This document shows positions 26,278-36,600 of a stretch of 64,000 nucleotides of DNA, one piece after another. How positions within the stretch are numbered: the stretch's first letter is position 1; each line of letters opens with the position of its first letter. Under the pieces are notes generated by a model, which ran no database searches, was not told the origin of the DNA, and saw only the letters and a program-made list of their open reading frames with translations. The DNA comes from an uncultured archaeon (lineage in GTDB: Archaea; Thermoplasmatota; Penumbrarchaeia; JASLWR01): positions 1-64,000 of the forward strand of contig CAYFHS010000005.1 in assembly GCA_964342815.1 (NCBI GenBank). The letters are read 5' to 3'. The position numbers and the translations under genes were made by a program.

Positions 26278-28719
26278 TTATAATAATTCATCCACTTCTC
26301 TTTCGAGAGATTTCATTTCGCTTTCTTCCAGAATCGATGGCCCCGCCGAAAGGATGATTATATTTTCACGGACAGAGGCAAGATCCTTCAGTGTCTGAAC
26401 GAGATTGAAGACACCATCGAAATCATTGTGACTGACCAGATAATCCAATCCATCCATGACCAGGACTCCGCCTTGAGAATTATTTAAGAAAGCCTCGCTT
26501 TGCTTTTTGATCGCATCCAGCTGGTTCGGCCTGAGGTTCGTTTCGCCTGGCATCTTCGTAAGCCATATGTGGGATGCGGAATCGAGCTTGTATTTTCGGG
26601 TAACCTTCCTGGGGTGGTCCCTGGTGATGAAGAATCCCTTTCGGCCTGCTTCTATGGCTTCACAGAGATGAGCGAATGCCTTCTCTGCATCATCGTTCTT
26701 AAGAAGATAGGTAAATCCGTCTTCCAGGCTGATGCCGTCCCCGGCATCAGTATCCCCCCCCCCACCTTCTCCGCCCCACGTGTCGTATTCCGACCAGTTA
26801 ACAGAACCAGCTTCGGTCATCTCTTCGCTGCTGTCCGCTTCTTTTTCAACTTGGGGCTCGGGGGATTCTACCTTCGGGATCAGGGCTTTTTCCTCACTGA
26901 AGATCTTTTCGTGTTCTTCCGCGGAGATGTCGAGAATGTCCCGTAATTCGGCCAGCATCTCCTCTTCATCTTCGGAGATAATTCCGTCCTTCAGAGCTCT
27001 CTTGACAGCTTTCCTGTATTTGTCTTCGTTTTCCTTTTTTTTATCGGTTGATGGCTGGGCCTGATTGACCTGACCCTGCGGCGGTCCGAAATAACCGGGG
27101 GCCATTCCTGGTCTCTGTGGATACTGCATGGGTGCCCCGTATCCGGGCATTTGCATATACCCGGGAGGCATTTGACCCGGACTCATGCCGCCCTCTGCGA
27201 TGTATGGTACCTTTTCCTCGATGCGTTTCTTGGCTTTTCCAGCTTTTTTTATAGCTTCTTTAAACTTGTATTGTTTTGCAAGGTTTGTTGCTTCATCCAG
27301 CATTTCCGCGCATTCCGGCAGCTCGACATTCGCTATTTTCTTTGCCTTTTTAATTAGGCTTCGTCCCACGTTGATGTTTCGAACCGTCAATTGATATTCT
27401 ATTTTGTCCACGTTGAGAACTTCCAGAGCCTCCCTGCATTTCCACTGTACGTGGTCGTGCCGGTCGCTGAGTCCGGCTATCAGATACGGTATTGACTCGT
27501 AAACGGATAGCGGCGCAGGTTTCCCGATGTTCATTATGATCTGCGCCATTCGCCACCTTACATGGTGGTATTCATCATCCATGGCATCGATGATATTGTT
27601 GATGTAGTCTTTGTATATGTCAACATTCAGTTCGCTGATGACATTGAGTGCATCCGATACGGTTTGGCGCACGTCCAGGTTCTTGTCGTTTGCAAGATGA
27701 TCGATAAGAACCGGTATTACCGACGGTATATATTCTGGAAAAAAAGGAAATAATTGACCCAGGGCTGCCGCGCAGTGGAACCGAATGTATTTTCGAGGAT
27801 CCTCCATCCTGTAGGTGAGCTGAGGGATCATATAATGAGGGTCTTTTTTCCCAACTTCCACAATGAACTTTGTGATATGTTCGCGCAGCTGCTTCTTATC
27901 AATATCGAGGGCATCCATTAAGGCTGGAAAAAGAAATTTGATATTCTGGGTCAGCATGAATAAAATCTTTCTTACCGTCTCGATCAGATTCCTATCCTTG
28001 TCCAGGAAGGCGGTGGTTACGGAGGGTACCACTGCATTGGGGAGTACCACACCTACCATGGTCAGTGTCTGGATCGCACAGTGTTTCATGTCCTCCTCTT
28101 TTTTCTTCAGCGGTTTGATCCAGAACTGAAAACGATACGAGTCAACAAGCGCCTTGTATACTAGAGGTATCGCTTCTTTTGTTACATATGCAGGAGCTAC
28201 GCGACCCAACTGTCCTATGGCCTTGATGGAAGCCGCATAAAGGAGATGAAGGCCATCAACCGGGTGTTCCGGGTGGTATATGGGGTATTTCAAAGTACGG
28301 ACCATCTGATTCAGGCACTTGGCCCCGATATCGGGGAATTTCTCTGAGATGTTCCCCATGGCCCACATCACGTTTGCGTATGGCTCCCAATTCAATTCTT
28401 CGTCGGAATGATCCTTTGTGAAAACCTTGTTCAGGATATCAATAAGCCGACCGGCCTCGCTTCCAATGGCCTTTGCCTGGAGTTTGGAGAACTCCAATAC
28501 CAACTTCGAAGCCGTCATACGAACTTCAGCATCGCTGTCCCTTAATAATGGAATTATATATCTTGCAACGGAAGAAATCTGTGAAGGGCTCCTCCTGCAG
28601 TTTGATCGTATCGAATCCATTTTCTTTATCTTGCCAGTGCTGGATGCACCTTTCAGCGTTTCTGCAATAGCTCGTCCCTGGGACATGTCAACACCGGTAT
28701 TATTATTATTTAGTATCAC
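26278..28719 (-). CDS. HEAT-repeat protein with Pro/Gly/Gln/Met-rich linker, TerB-like helical motif and C-terminal DUF835
   Basis: HEAT motifs (LLRDSDAEVRMTAS, MEDPRKYIRFHCAAALGQL, MDDEYHHVRWRMAQII); DUF835 motifs GFFITRDHP, IWLT, VMDGLDYL, LEREVDE. True start may be ATG 28686. Confidence 0.85.
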   Translation of the reverse strand: MILNNNNTGVDMSQGRAIAETLKGASSTGKIKKMDSIRSNCRRSPSQISSVARYIIPLLRDSDAEVRMTASKLVLEFSKLQAKAIGSEAGRLIDILNKVFTKDHSDEELNWEPYANVMWAMGNISEKFPDIGAKCLNQMVRTLKYPIYHPEHPVDGLHLLYAASIKAIGQLGRVAPAYVTKEAIPLVYKALVDSYRFQFWIKPLKKKEEDMKHCAIQTLTMVGVVLPNAVVPSVTTAFLDKDRNLIETVRKILFMLTQNIKFLFPALMDALDIDKKQLREHITKFIVEVGKKDPHYMIPQLTYRMEDPRKYIRFHCAAALGQLFPFFPEYIPSVIPVLIDHLANDKNLDVRQTVSDALNVISELNVDIYKDYINNIIDAMDDEYHHVRWRMAQIIMNIGKPAPLSVYESIPYLIAGLSDRHDHVQWKCREALEVLNVDKIEYQLTVRNINVGRSLIKKAKKIANVELPECAEMLDEATNLAKQYKFKEAIKKAGKAKKRIEEKVPYIAEGGMSPGQMPPGYMQMPGYGAPMQYPQRPGMAPGYFGPPQGQVNQAQPSTDKKKENEDKYRKAVKRALKDGIISEDEEEMLAELRDILDISAEEHEKIFSEEKALIPKVESPEPQVEKEADSSEEMTEAGSVNWSEYDTWGGEGGGGDTDAGDGISLEDGFTYLLKNDDAEKAFAHLCEAIEAGRKGFFITRDHPRKVTRKYKLDSASHIWLTKMPGETNLRPNQLDAIKKQSEAFLNNSQGGVLVMDGLDYLVSHNDFDGVFNLVQTLKDLASVRENIIILSAGPSILEESEMKSLEREVDELL
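26754..26763. repeat. C10 homopolymer (G10 on the coding strand) inside the HEAT/DUF835 gene
   Basis: tatcccccccccca; encodes part of EGGGGD in the linker just upstream of DUF835. Confidence 0.9.
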
Positions 28720-28800
28720 TTTTTTAAGAAAGGAAGATGAGGATGTAAAGTCCCTCTATAATGAATGGAATTTTCATTTATAATGTTTGCTGTGCAATTA

Positions 28801-29331
28801 TTATTGTACCAACTTCTTTAAACTTGTTGGGTATCTCCTGGCTGCCAAGTCCTCATATATTTCCTTGAAGCCAGTCCATGTTTTAACGTATTTCTCGTTG
28901 ATGCTGCCGATAACTTTTGCAGGGATCCCTGCTGCGATGCACCTGTCCGGTATCATGGATTTGTTTTTTACCACAGCACCTTCAGCTATTACTGCCCATG
29001 TTCCCACATCCGCGTAATCGCTTACCACGGACCCCATACCAATTACGGCGAAATCGTTTATCTTACAATTATGAATAACACTTCCATGGCCAATGGTGAC
29101 CTTGTTCCCTATGGTGCAGGTCTCCCCGGGCCTGGCGTGGATGACGCAGTTATCTTCAATGCTGCTGCCTCTGCCGATTATAACGGTACCATAATCTCCC
29201 CTGATGCGGGCTCCAGGGCCTATATAGCAGTGTTCGCCTACCCTGACGTCGCCTATCACGTCTGCACTTGGGAATATATATGTTGCTTCACCGATATCCG
29301 GGAGCTTTCCTTCGAACTCGTATATTGTCAT
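28801..29331 (-). CDS. Gamma-class carbonic anhydrase / hexapeptide-repeat family protein (YrdA/PaaY-like)
   Basis: VIGDVRVG...IRGD...GSSIEDNCVIH...TIGHGSVIHNC: left-handed beta-helix with three metal-binding His. Confidence 0.93.
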   Translation of the reverse strand: MTIYEFEGKLPDIGEATYIFPSADVIGDVRVGEHCYIGPGARIRGDYGTVIIGRGSSIEDNCVIHARPGETCTIGNKVTIGHGSVIHNCKINDFAVIGMGSVVSDYADVGTWAVIAEGAVVKNKSMIPDRCIAAGIPAKVIGSINEKYVKTWTGFKEIYEDLAARRYPTSLKKLVQ

Positions 29332-29381
29332 GGCTACCCCGCGGAGCCTATTTATGAGGATACTTAATTATTTTACCCCCA

Positions 29382-29568
29382 CTTTTTCTTTTAGCTCCTG
29401 TCTGTGCTGGACGAGGGGCATAAAAGAAAAAGCGGCCCGAATAAGAAAATGCCCCTCGCCCTGCTCGGCAGGAGAATAAAGGAGGTTCCCTGTGTACCTT
29501 CGCCACATACATTTCCCTCCATGAACTATAGGGGCCTGCGAGGGTCCGCTAACGTGTCATGTAACCCC
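29382..29568 (+). other. Intergenic multi-hairpin element, candidate structured RNA
   Basis: Long imperfect inverted repeat 29395-29421/29449-29474; 6-bp stem 29481-29501; GGGCCT-GCGA-GGGTCC hairpin 29532-29547 with a GNRA loop. G-U pairs favour the + strand. Confidence 0.4.
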
Positions 29569-29838
29569 AAACCCATATCATATTGGTATAGTAGATTTGA
29601 ATATTAGCTAATGTGTTCATGATCCCCCACCTTTTGGTTTTCACCAAATACATACCATCTCATGTAGGAAAGGTGTTCATAAGGGAACAAATCAAATCCC
29701 TCGATTCCCATGAGCAAAAAACTCCTCTCAACCACTGTTCAGAAGATCACGTTTATTCGAAAAGACTGATAAACAATATCCAATATTTTTGTAACATAGT
29801 CATGGCCGACAAGGGCAAAACAATATTCGAAAAGAAAG

Positions 29839-32800
29839 TTACTTCCTGTATGAATGATGCCTTATTTCTTTCCTTATAACTTTTCGACGTTTGACCTTTT
29901 GCCGTTTCATCCCCGGTTTCTCTGTCGGTGAATGCTTCGTCGTTATCATTCCCCCATCCTCCTTCAGTACCGCGTTTCGGTCTAGATTTTCCCCAACAAC
30001 AAGTTCGACCTCTTTGTTCAGAAATTGTTGATCATCATTTTTATCTTGTTGCGAAGCCATTCTCTTTTTTAAATGTATTCTCCTTATTACGATTATTAAT
30101 ATATAGACAAAAAATATTATAACGATTCCCAATCCAATCATAACCCAGAAAAGAGTATTGTTCATAAAATCAATCATGTCTTCATTATCGCCAATACCAT
30201 CTCCATCGGAATCTGTCCATTCATCGGGATTATTCGGAAATGCATCCAGTGTCAAACCGGTTGTGGAATCCTTTTCATTTCTTCTAATATTCCAAAGATA
30301 GGGATATCCATCACCATCATCATCAAAACTGGCAGCGGGATCCAGAATGAAATCATCTAGATGAAAAAGACCTGTGGTTGAATTGGATGAATTCATACCT
30401 TCATTCCACTCATCGGGAACGCCGTCACCATCTGTATCAAGTGAAGCGGCTGGATCAAAGGGTAGATCATCTAATCGTTTTTTTCTGCTAGAAGAATCAC
30501 TTTGTTGCTTGCCCTCATTACATTCATCGGGATAGCCGTCTCCATCACTGTCCTTTGAAAAAATTGGGTCAAAAGGGAACGCATCTAGATACGTCAAGCC
30601 GGTATTGGAGTCGACGGCACTCATACCTTCATTCCACTCATCGGGAACACCGTCTCCATCTGTATCAAGTGAAGCGGCAGGATCAAAGGGAAGATCATCC
30701 AATTGCGTCAGGTTTGTTACAGAATCCAATGCACTCATACCTTCATTCCACTCATCCGGAAATCCATCAACATCACTGTCCTTTGAAGCAGCTGGATCTA
30801 ACGGGAACGCATCCAGATAGGTTAAACCGGTAGGGGATTTGGTAACATCCATGCCCTCATTCCATATATCCGGAATCCCGTCTCCGTCGGTGTCCATGGA
30901 TGCTGCGGGATCCAGAGGGAAATCATCAAGTCGAAGTGAAGGATCTGATATCGCTATATTTGGATCCACACCGGGATTCAATTCATCCGGAAATCCATCA
31001 CCATCAGTATCTTTCGAAGCAAGTGGTTCATAGATCAAATCGTCCAATCTAGTTAGTCCTGTTGTCGAATCATCCGGACTCATTCCCTCATTCCACTTAT
31101 TAGGATATCCATCATTATCGCCATCAAGAGATGCTGCTGGGTCCAAAGGTAATTGATCCTGATTATAATATTGCGAAGAACTATCTTCGTTATGCACGTG
31201 ATAGTAATCGAAATCAGGATATGAATCACCATCGGTATCCCTGAAGACCTGTTCATAATCAGGAAAATCGTCAAATCTATCAACATAGCCATCGTGATCG
31301 CTATCTTTTGAATAAATCTTAACGATATTATGTGATAAGTAGTATCCATTCCGACCGCAAGCGAAAGCCAATTGTTCCCCGTTAGGGGACCAAGATACTT
31401 GCGAAAAAGAACCTTCATCGGTATACATATCCTGATATTCATACCCGCTATCTGTGCTGACCATCATTAATTTGCCATAGGTCACATAGGCGATATCTTT
31501 GCCATCTGGTGAGATAGAAACGGAATAGATAATATCCGGATTATCGATCGTCTTAATGATTCTCCAATCGAAAGTGTCCCATACTACTATCGATTCATCA
31601 TATGCCAATGTGACTAACCTTCTACCATCAGCTGTCATAGATAAACTCATTACAGTATTCGAATAATCGGTGGCGATGTTAATCTCATTAAAATTCGTAG
31701 TATCCCAAACTACCACTTTCCCCCCGCTGCAACCCGCAACAATTTTACTATTATCTGGATACCATTCGAGAGTATAAATGAATTCTCTGTCAAGTTCGAT
31801 TTGCTTGATACAATCCCAATTTCTCGTATCGTAAATAAATAATTTATTGTGATTATTATACGCCAGCTTTTTTCCATCTGGAGACCATGCCACATCTTCG
31901 ATACCATATAACCTATCATCCGTTATTACTATAATGCTATAATCACTTGTATCCCATATCTCCAAACCAAAATAACCACCAACCGCTATTTTTCCCCCAT
32001 TGGGTGATAAGGCAATATGTGTCGGATAACGACTTGAATTTGAGAAATTGAAGATACGGTCCATACCGTTCATATCATCAGCTTTACAGACATTTACGGT
32101 ATTATCTGTTGTCGAAAAGGCCAGCGTGCTACCATCTGAGGACCAGCCCAAATCATAGACATAGTCTTCATCTGTCAGGTTTGTAATAAGATGCCAATCA
32201 TCGGTATCGTATATATTTATCACATCATCGGGATTGCCGTTCATTCCCACGGCCAACCTGTCGTTTCCGGGAGACCACTCAATCGATCTCGGAATTATCA
32301 TGTCGCTTTCTAGTTGCTGTATATTTTTCCAGTTCCTCGTATCATATATCTCTACATAACCTTGCCAATAATCCGAATCATACCCTAAAGCGAATAAAGT
32401 TCCGTCTTGAGACCAATCCATACAATCTATATGTTCCCCCCCACTGGTAAGAGTTTCTTTTAATACCATAGTACCCGCATCGAGGATTTCCACAATACCA
32501 TCTAAATATTTGACCGCCAACATATCACTATCAGGAGAATAGTCCACTTCCATTATTTTATAGGAATCATGACTGTAATTGGATATCACGGTCCAATCAT
32601 TTGGATCAATTATTTTGATAATGTCATCAACGAAAACTATAATTTTTTCTCCATCAGAAGACCATTCGAGGTATTTTATCGAATAACGATTGAAGTAATT
32701 ATTGGAATAAGGATACATCTTATACTTGGTGATACTCCTCCATGAATACGTATCCCATAAAATGATCTCTCCATCTCCAGACCCTGTCGCAATTTTCGAA

Positions 32801-33309
32801 CCATCGGGAGACCAAGAAATTCTCGATACGCCGTCCGAATGACCTACAAGTGTCTGTTGACATTCCCAACTCTCCGTGTCCCAAATTTTCACTCTCCAAT
32901 CCGAGGAGACAGTGGCCAAATTCATCCCGTCCGGAGACCATTTGAATTCGCTGATAGTCTTCAAATGACCATTCAGGTTCTGAAGACACTTATTATTCTC
33001 GAGATCCCATATTTGAATCGTACTGGATATCGGACTATTGTTTGGATCCGAATCATCTCGCCATATATAATAATAGAGCGAGGCTAAATAATCTCCATCA
33101 GGAGACCAGTCGATACGATTTGGAATATCAATATCATCTGTAAATATACTTTCAAGAGAATAATATTTCTCATCGCTTCTTGAATTGACTTCGCTCGGCG
33201 AGGGCTCGATGATATTAACCGTCGCATTATCATTGTTATAAATCACTGTGGAATTGGTAATGAACAATAATACAGTAAAAAGTAACAACAAGGTCATATA
33301 TCTCTTCAT
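29839..33309 (-). CDS. Type-I membrane protein with about 14 WD40-like repeats, TSP3-like Ca-binding repeats, TM and basic tail
   Basis: Start probably ATG 33309 (MKRYMTLLLLF; ORF track 33324). Fourteen W/Y-S-P-D-G-type blades; about ten D.FP.DPAASxDxDGDG.PD.WNEG repeats; TM LFWVMIGLGIVIIFFVYILIIVI. Confidence 0.87.
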   Translation of the reverse strand: MKRYMTLLLLFTVLLFITNSTVIYNNDNATVNIIEPSPSEVNSRSDEKYYSLESIFTDDIDIPNRIDWSPDGDYLASLYYYIWRDDSDPNNSPISSTIQIWDLENNKCLQNLNGHLKTISEFKWSPDGMNLATVSSDWRVKIWDTESWECQQTLVGHSDGVSRISWSPDGSKIATGSGDGEIILWDTYSWRSITKYKMYPYSNNYFNRYSIKYLEWSSDGEKIIVFVDDIIKIIDPNDWTVISNYSHDSYKIMEVDYSPDSDMLAVKYLDGIVEILDAGTMVLKETLTSGGEHIDCMDWSQDGTLFALGYDSDYWQGYVEIYDTRNWKNIQQLESDMIIPRSIEWSPGNDRLAVGMNGNPDDVINIYDTDDWHLITNLTDEDYVYDLGWSSDGSTLAFSTTDNTVNVCKADDMNGMDRIFNFSNSSRYPTHIALSPNGGKIAVGGYFGLEIWDTSDYSIIVITDDRLYGIEDVAWSPDGKKLAYNNHNKLFIYDTRNWDCIKQIELDREFIYTLEWYPDNSKIVAGCSGGKVVVWDTTNFNEINIATDYSNTVMSLSMTADGRRLVTLAYDESIVVWDTFDWRIIKTIDNPDIIYSVSISPDGKDIAYVTYGKLMMVSTDSGYEYQDMYTDEGSFSQVSWSPNGEQLAFACGRNGYYLSHNIVKIYSKDSDHDGYVDRFDDFPDYEQVFRDTDGDSYPDFDYYHVHNEDSSSQYYNQDQLPLDPAASLDGDNDGYPNKWNEGMSPDDSTTGLTRLDDLIYEPLASKDTDGDGFPDELNPGVDPNIAISDPSLRLDDFPLDPAASMDTDGDGIPDIWNEGMDVTKSPTGLTYLDAFPLDPAASKDSDVDGFPDEWNEGMSALDSVTNLTQLDDLPFDPAASLDTDGDGVPDEWNEGMSAVDSNTGLTYLDAFPFDPIFSKDSDGDGYPDECNEGKQQSDSSSRKKRLDDLPFDPAASLDTDGDGVPDEWNEGMNSSNSTTGLFHLDDFILDPAASFDDDGDGYPYLWNIRRNEKDSTTGLTLDAFPNNPDEWTDSDGDGIGDNEDMIDFMNNTLFWVMIGLGIVIIFFVYILIIVIRRIHLKKRMASQQDKNDDQQFLNKEVELVVGENLDRNAVLKEDGGMITTKHSPTEKPGMKRQKVKRRKVIRKEIRHHSYRK
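30180..31310 (-). repeat. TSP3-like DxDGDG repeat array (about 37-aa units)
   Basis: Near-identical DNA units, e.g. about 30400-30470 versus 30630-30700 (cattccactcatcgggaac..tgtatcaagtgaagcggc..ggatcaaaggg). Confidence 0.85.
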
Positions 33310-33481
33310 TTGAATCACGATCAATTCATTTCTTTACTTGTATAATTAGTTTTAGGAGTTATTCCCTTGAATTATCTTCCTTTTTGTCAGACGTTGTGTT
33401 AAATGCTTTTGTCAACAATGTAACATAATTGAAGACATATAGTTTATAGACGTATTTCCATTACTTAGATTAAGATTGGAA

Positions 33482-33601
33482 TTATACAATTATGGGCCTG
33501 GAATTATAGTCAGGGAATATGAGGTATGTTTGGCCCGTATAATAACTGTCGTCTTCGTCACCGTATGCTCCAATCAGAATGTCGTCATATCCGTTTCCGT
33601 C
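33482..33601 (-). pseudogene. Relic fragment of an FG-GAP gene overlapping the 3' end of the intact FG-GAP gene in another frame
   Basis: Translates as DGNGYDDILIGAYGDEDDSYYTGQTYLIFPDYNSRPIIV*, matching the intact gene's last blade NGDGYYDILIGADGDGDGGDYAGQTYLIFPDHNSRPTSI (about 35785-35890). No start codon. Confidence 0.8.
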
Positions 33602-36600
33602 CCAGGTTTCGTTTCGGCGTATACGTAGATCTGACATTTTATACACCAGTAACAATCGTATTCTGGATAGTACTGGGATGCCTTAGCGCATGTGGGACAT
33701 ATCGGAGTCTCTAAGGATTCTACTTGTTCTTCCGAAGCTCTATCAGTTTTTGATTGATCGGAATTAAGCGTCGATACTCTAGTGACTGGACGTGTGTTGA
33801 CAATTTCCGATCCAGCCTTGACTCCCGTGGATTCCTGCTGTATCATCCCTCCGTGAATCTCCTCTCTACCACCATCCCATTTTTTCTCAACTATCCCTGG
33901 CTCATCAATCGCACAACCCTCCGATTTCACCTCATCTTCCCCCTTCTTCCCCCTCGTAATCAATACCACTACCATAATCACTATAAACACAAGGACCACA
34001 ACCTCAACTCCCATTATCCACCACACCCAGCCGTCTACTTCCTCCACTTTTTTCTCCCGTTCCCACTGGTCCCCATCATATGGAAAAGCATCGTTTGCAT
34101 TTGGTACTCCGTCCCCATCCTTGTCAGGGTCTAAAGAATTGGGGATGCCGTCCTCGTCCAAATCTCGTGGAACCGAGAGTTTATCCATCGGGTCTTTACC
34201 AACTTGAATTTCGACGGAGTTATCCCATCCATCTCCGTCCCAGTCGAATGGGGTGGAACTTTCATTAAAGGGATCACTGCCCATAATAATCTCGTAGGTA
34301 TCAATGTACCCGTCGCTGTCCGAATCCTTTTCGGAGCTGTCCGTGGTGATCGTCAAGTACCCGTTTTCAGGGAATCTAACAGTATATTCACCGTCCGAAA
34401 CAGAATAATAATATTGATGAACTCCCTCGGTCATATTCAGAGTTAAATAATATTGAACTCCCTTTTTAAGGTCAAATGAGATGGGATCTTCTGCTATCAT
34501 GTCATACAAATCGTTATCGATGAACGCACTGATAACGACCGGTTCGTCGCCGTCAATGTCTTTGTACATAACAGAAAACGTAAGGTTTGTGGACGTATCA
34601 CCGTTGCTTAAAGTGGCATTGCCATCGTACAATATGGGTGGATCATTAACATTCAAAACGTGAAGTGGAAATTCGGTATAATCCCAACCATCGTTTCCAT
34701 CTGACACAGAAATATTGACCGTATAGATACCCACCTCGTCATTCGTGGGTGTTTCATATATGAGACCGGTTTTGGAATTTATAGATAACCAAGTGGCATT
34801 CGTAGTCAGAGACCATGATATTGATCCTTGACCGTCATCGGTAGAATGATAATTGTTAAAGTATTCCTCATCCTGAGATATTTCTTCAATATTTTGAGTG
34901 GTAATAACGGGAGGCGTATTCAAAACATCGAAAAAGAAATTCAGAAAATCGATACCACCCTTACCGTCATCCATGGAAACATTTATGTTATACGCACCTA
35001 CGTCACGATTCGTTGGATTACCGTAGAGAACTCCCGATGTCGTGTTCTGATTCAACCAATCGGCATCAGATTCAAGATTCCAGGTAATAATACCTTCACC
35101 CTCATCGGTCGAATTAATATCTAAAAATAATTCTTCATCCTCATAAACGTAAGTCTTTTTGGGGAAAAATATTGCTGGGGGTGTATTATTAACAATAATG
35201 GTGAACTTTATCTCATCAGAATAAATATTACCTTCTACCTGAAGATTGACCCAATAAGCACCCACATGAATATTGGTGGGGGTTCCGAAGAGGTTCATAT
35301 TGAATTCATCCCAAAATAACCAGGGCGCATTAGTTTCGAATGTCCACAACTCGGGATTCACCCCTGTGGTATTAAAATGGAGTAAAAAGTTCTCATCTTC
35401 GTTGATATATACATTGTTTGGTCTTGGTGCAATATGTATGCCCGGTCCATTGCTAATATTGATTAGTATAGTAGGATCTTTCCTGGATGAAATCTCAACC
35501 CACCCTCCAAGAGATACATCAATCCAATGATATCTTTCATGCGTTCTAGTAGCGATGGTAATCTCACCTCGGAACTTACCGGTGTTTTCTCCAGTCTCAT
35601 TTAATCTCAATATGAATCGCTTATTGGGATTTGAATTTCCTTTAACCCAAACCTGGGCAATATTCTTCTGAGCACCCCCGTCGATTCCATGCAATTCCAA
35701 GTAAATTTTATCGATAGGTTCTGTAGAGGTAATTTCATGTATGTATTCGTCGTCGGAATAAGCTTTGATCGAGGTAATCGATGTGGGTCTGGAATTATGG
35801 TCCGGGAAGATGAGGTATGTCTGTCCAGCATAATCCCCACCGTCTCCGTCTCCATCTGCTCCGATCAGAATGTCGTAGTATCCGTCCCCGTTGACGTCTC
35901 CCGCTCCAGCGACCGACGTTCCGGACCAACATCCATACTCTTCACCCCAAAAGGAAGCATCTGAAGCGGAGAGGTCATCATCCATGGTCCAGTTTGAAGC
36001 CTTGCCGAGTATAAGGTAGGTCTGACCAGCATCGCCACCGACCTCATCAGCGGGGGCTCCGATCAGAATGTCGTAGTATCCGTCCCCGTTGACGTCTCCC
36101 GCTCCAGCGACCGAGGATCCGGATATGTCATATCGGTCCTCCCCCCAGAATGATGCGTCTGAAGCAGAGAGATCGGCATCCAAGGTCCAGCCGGAGGCCT
36201 TGCCTAAAATGAGGTATGTCTGGCCTGCTCGATCACCTCCATCGTCATTCCCGGTTGCTCCAATCAGAATATCATCAAAACCATCTCCATTGACATCCCC
36301 CGCACCAGCGACCGAACCACCCGAAGTGTCGTTTACATCTTCGCCCCAAAAGGATGCATCCGAAGCGGAGAGGTCGGTGTCCATGGCCCAGCCGGAGGCC
36401 TTGCCAAGTATGAGGTATGTCTGGCCTGCTTCTTTACCGCCGTCCTCGTTGAAGGGTGCTCCAATCAGAATGTCATCGTATCCGTCCCCGTTGACATCAC
36501 CTGCATCTGCGACTGAGCATCCCGACCAGTCGCCTTCGTCCTCCCCCCAGAATGATGCATCTGAAACGGAGAGGTCGGTGTCCATAGCCCAGCCAGAAGC

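Noticed and set aside
29382-29600. SRP RNA, RNase P RNA, SECIS or c-di-GMP riboswitch
   Set aside because: TGTAAC is present but no SRP S-domain follows; no GAGGAAAGTCC; no in-frame TGA selenoprotein nearby; GEMM consensus not matched.
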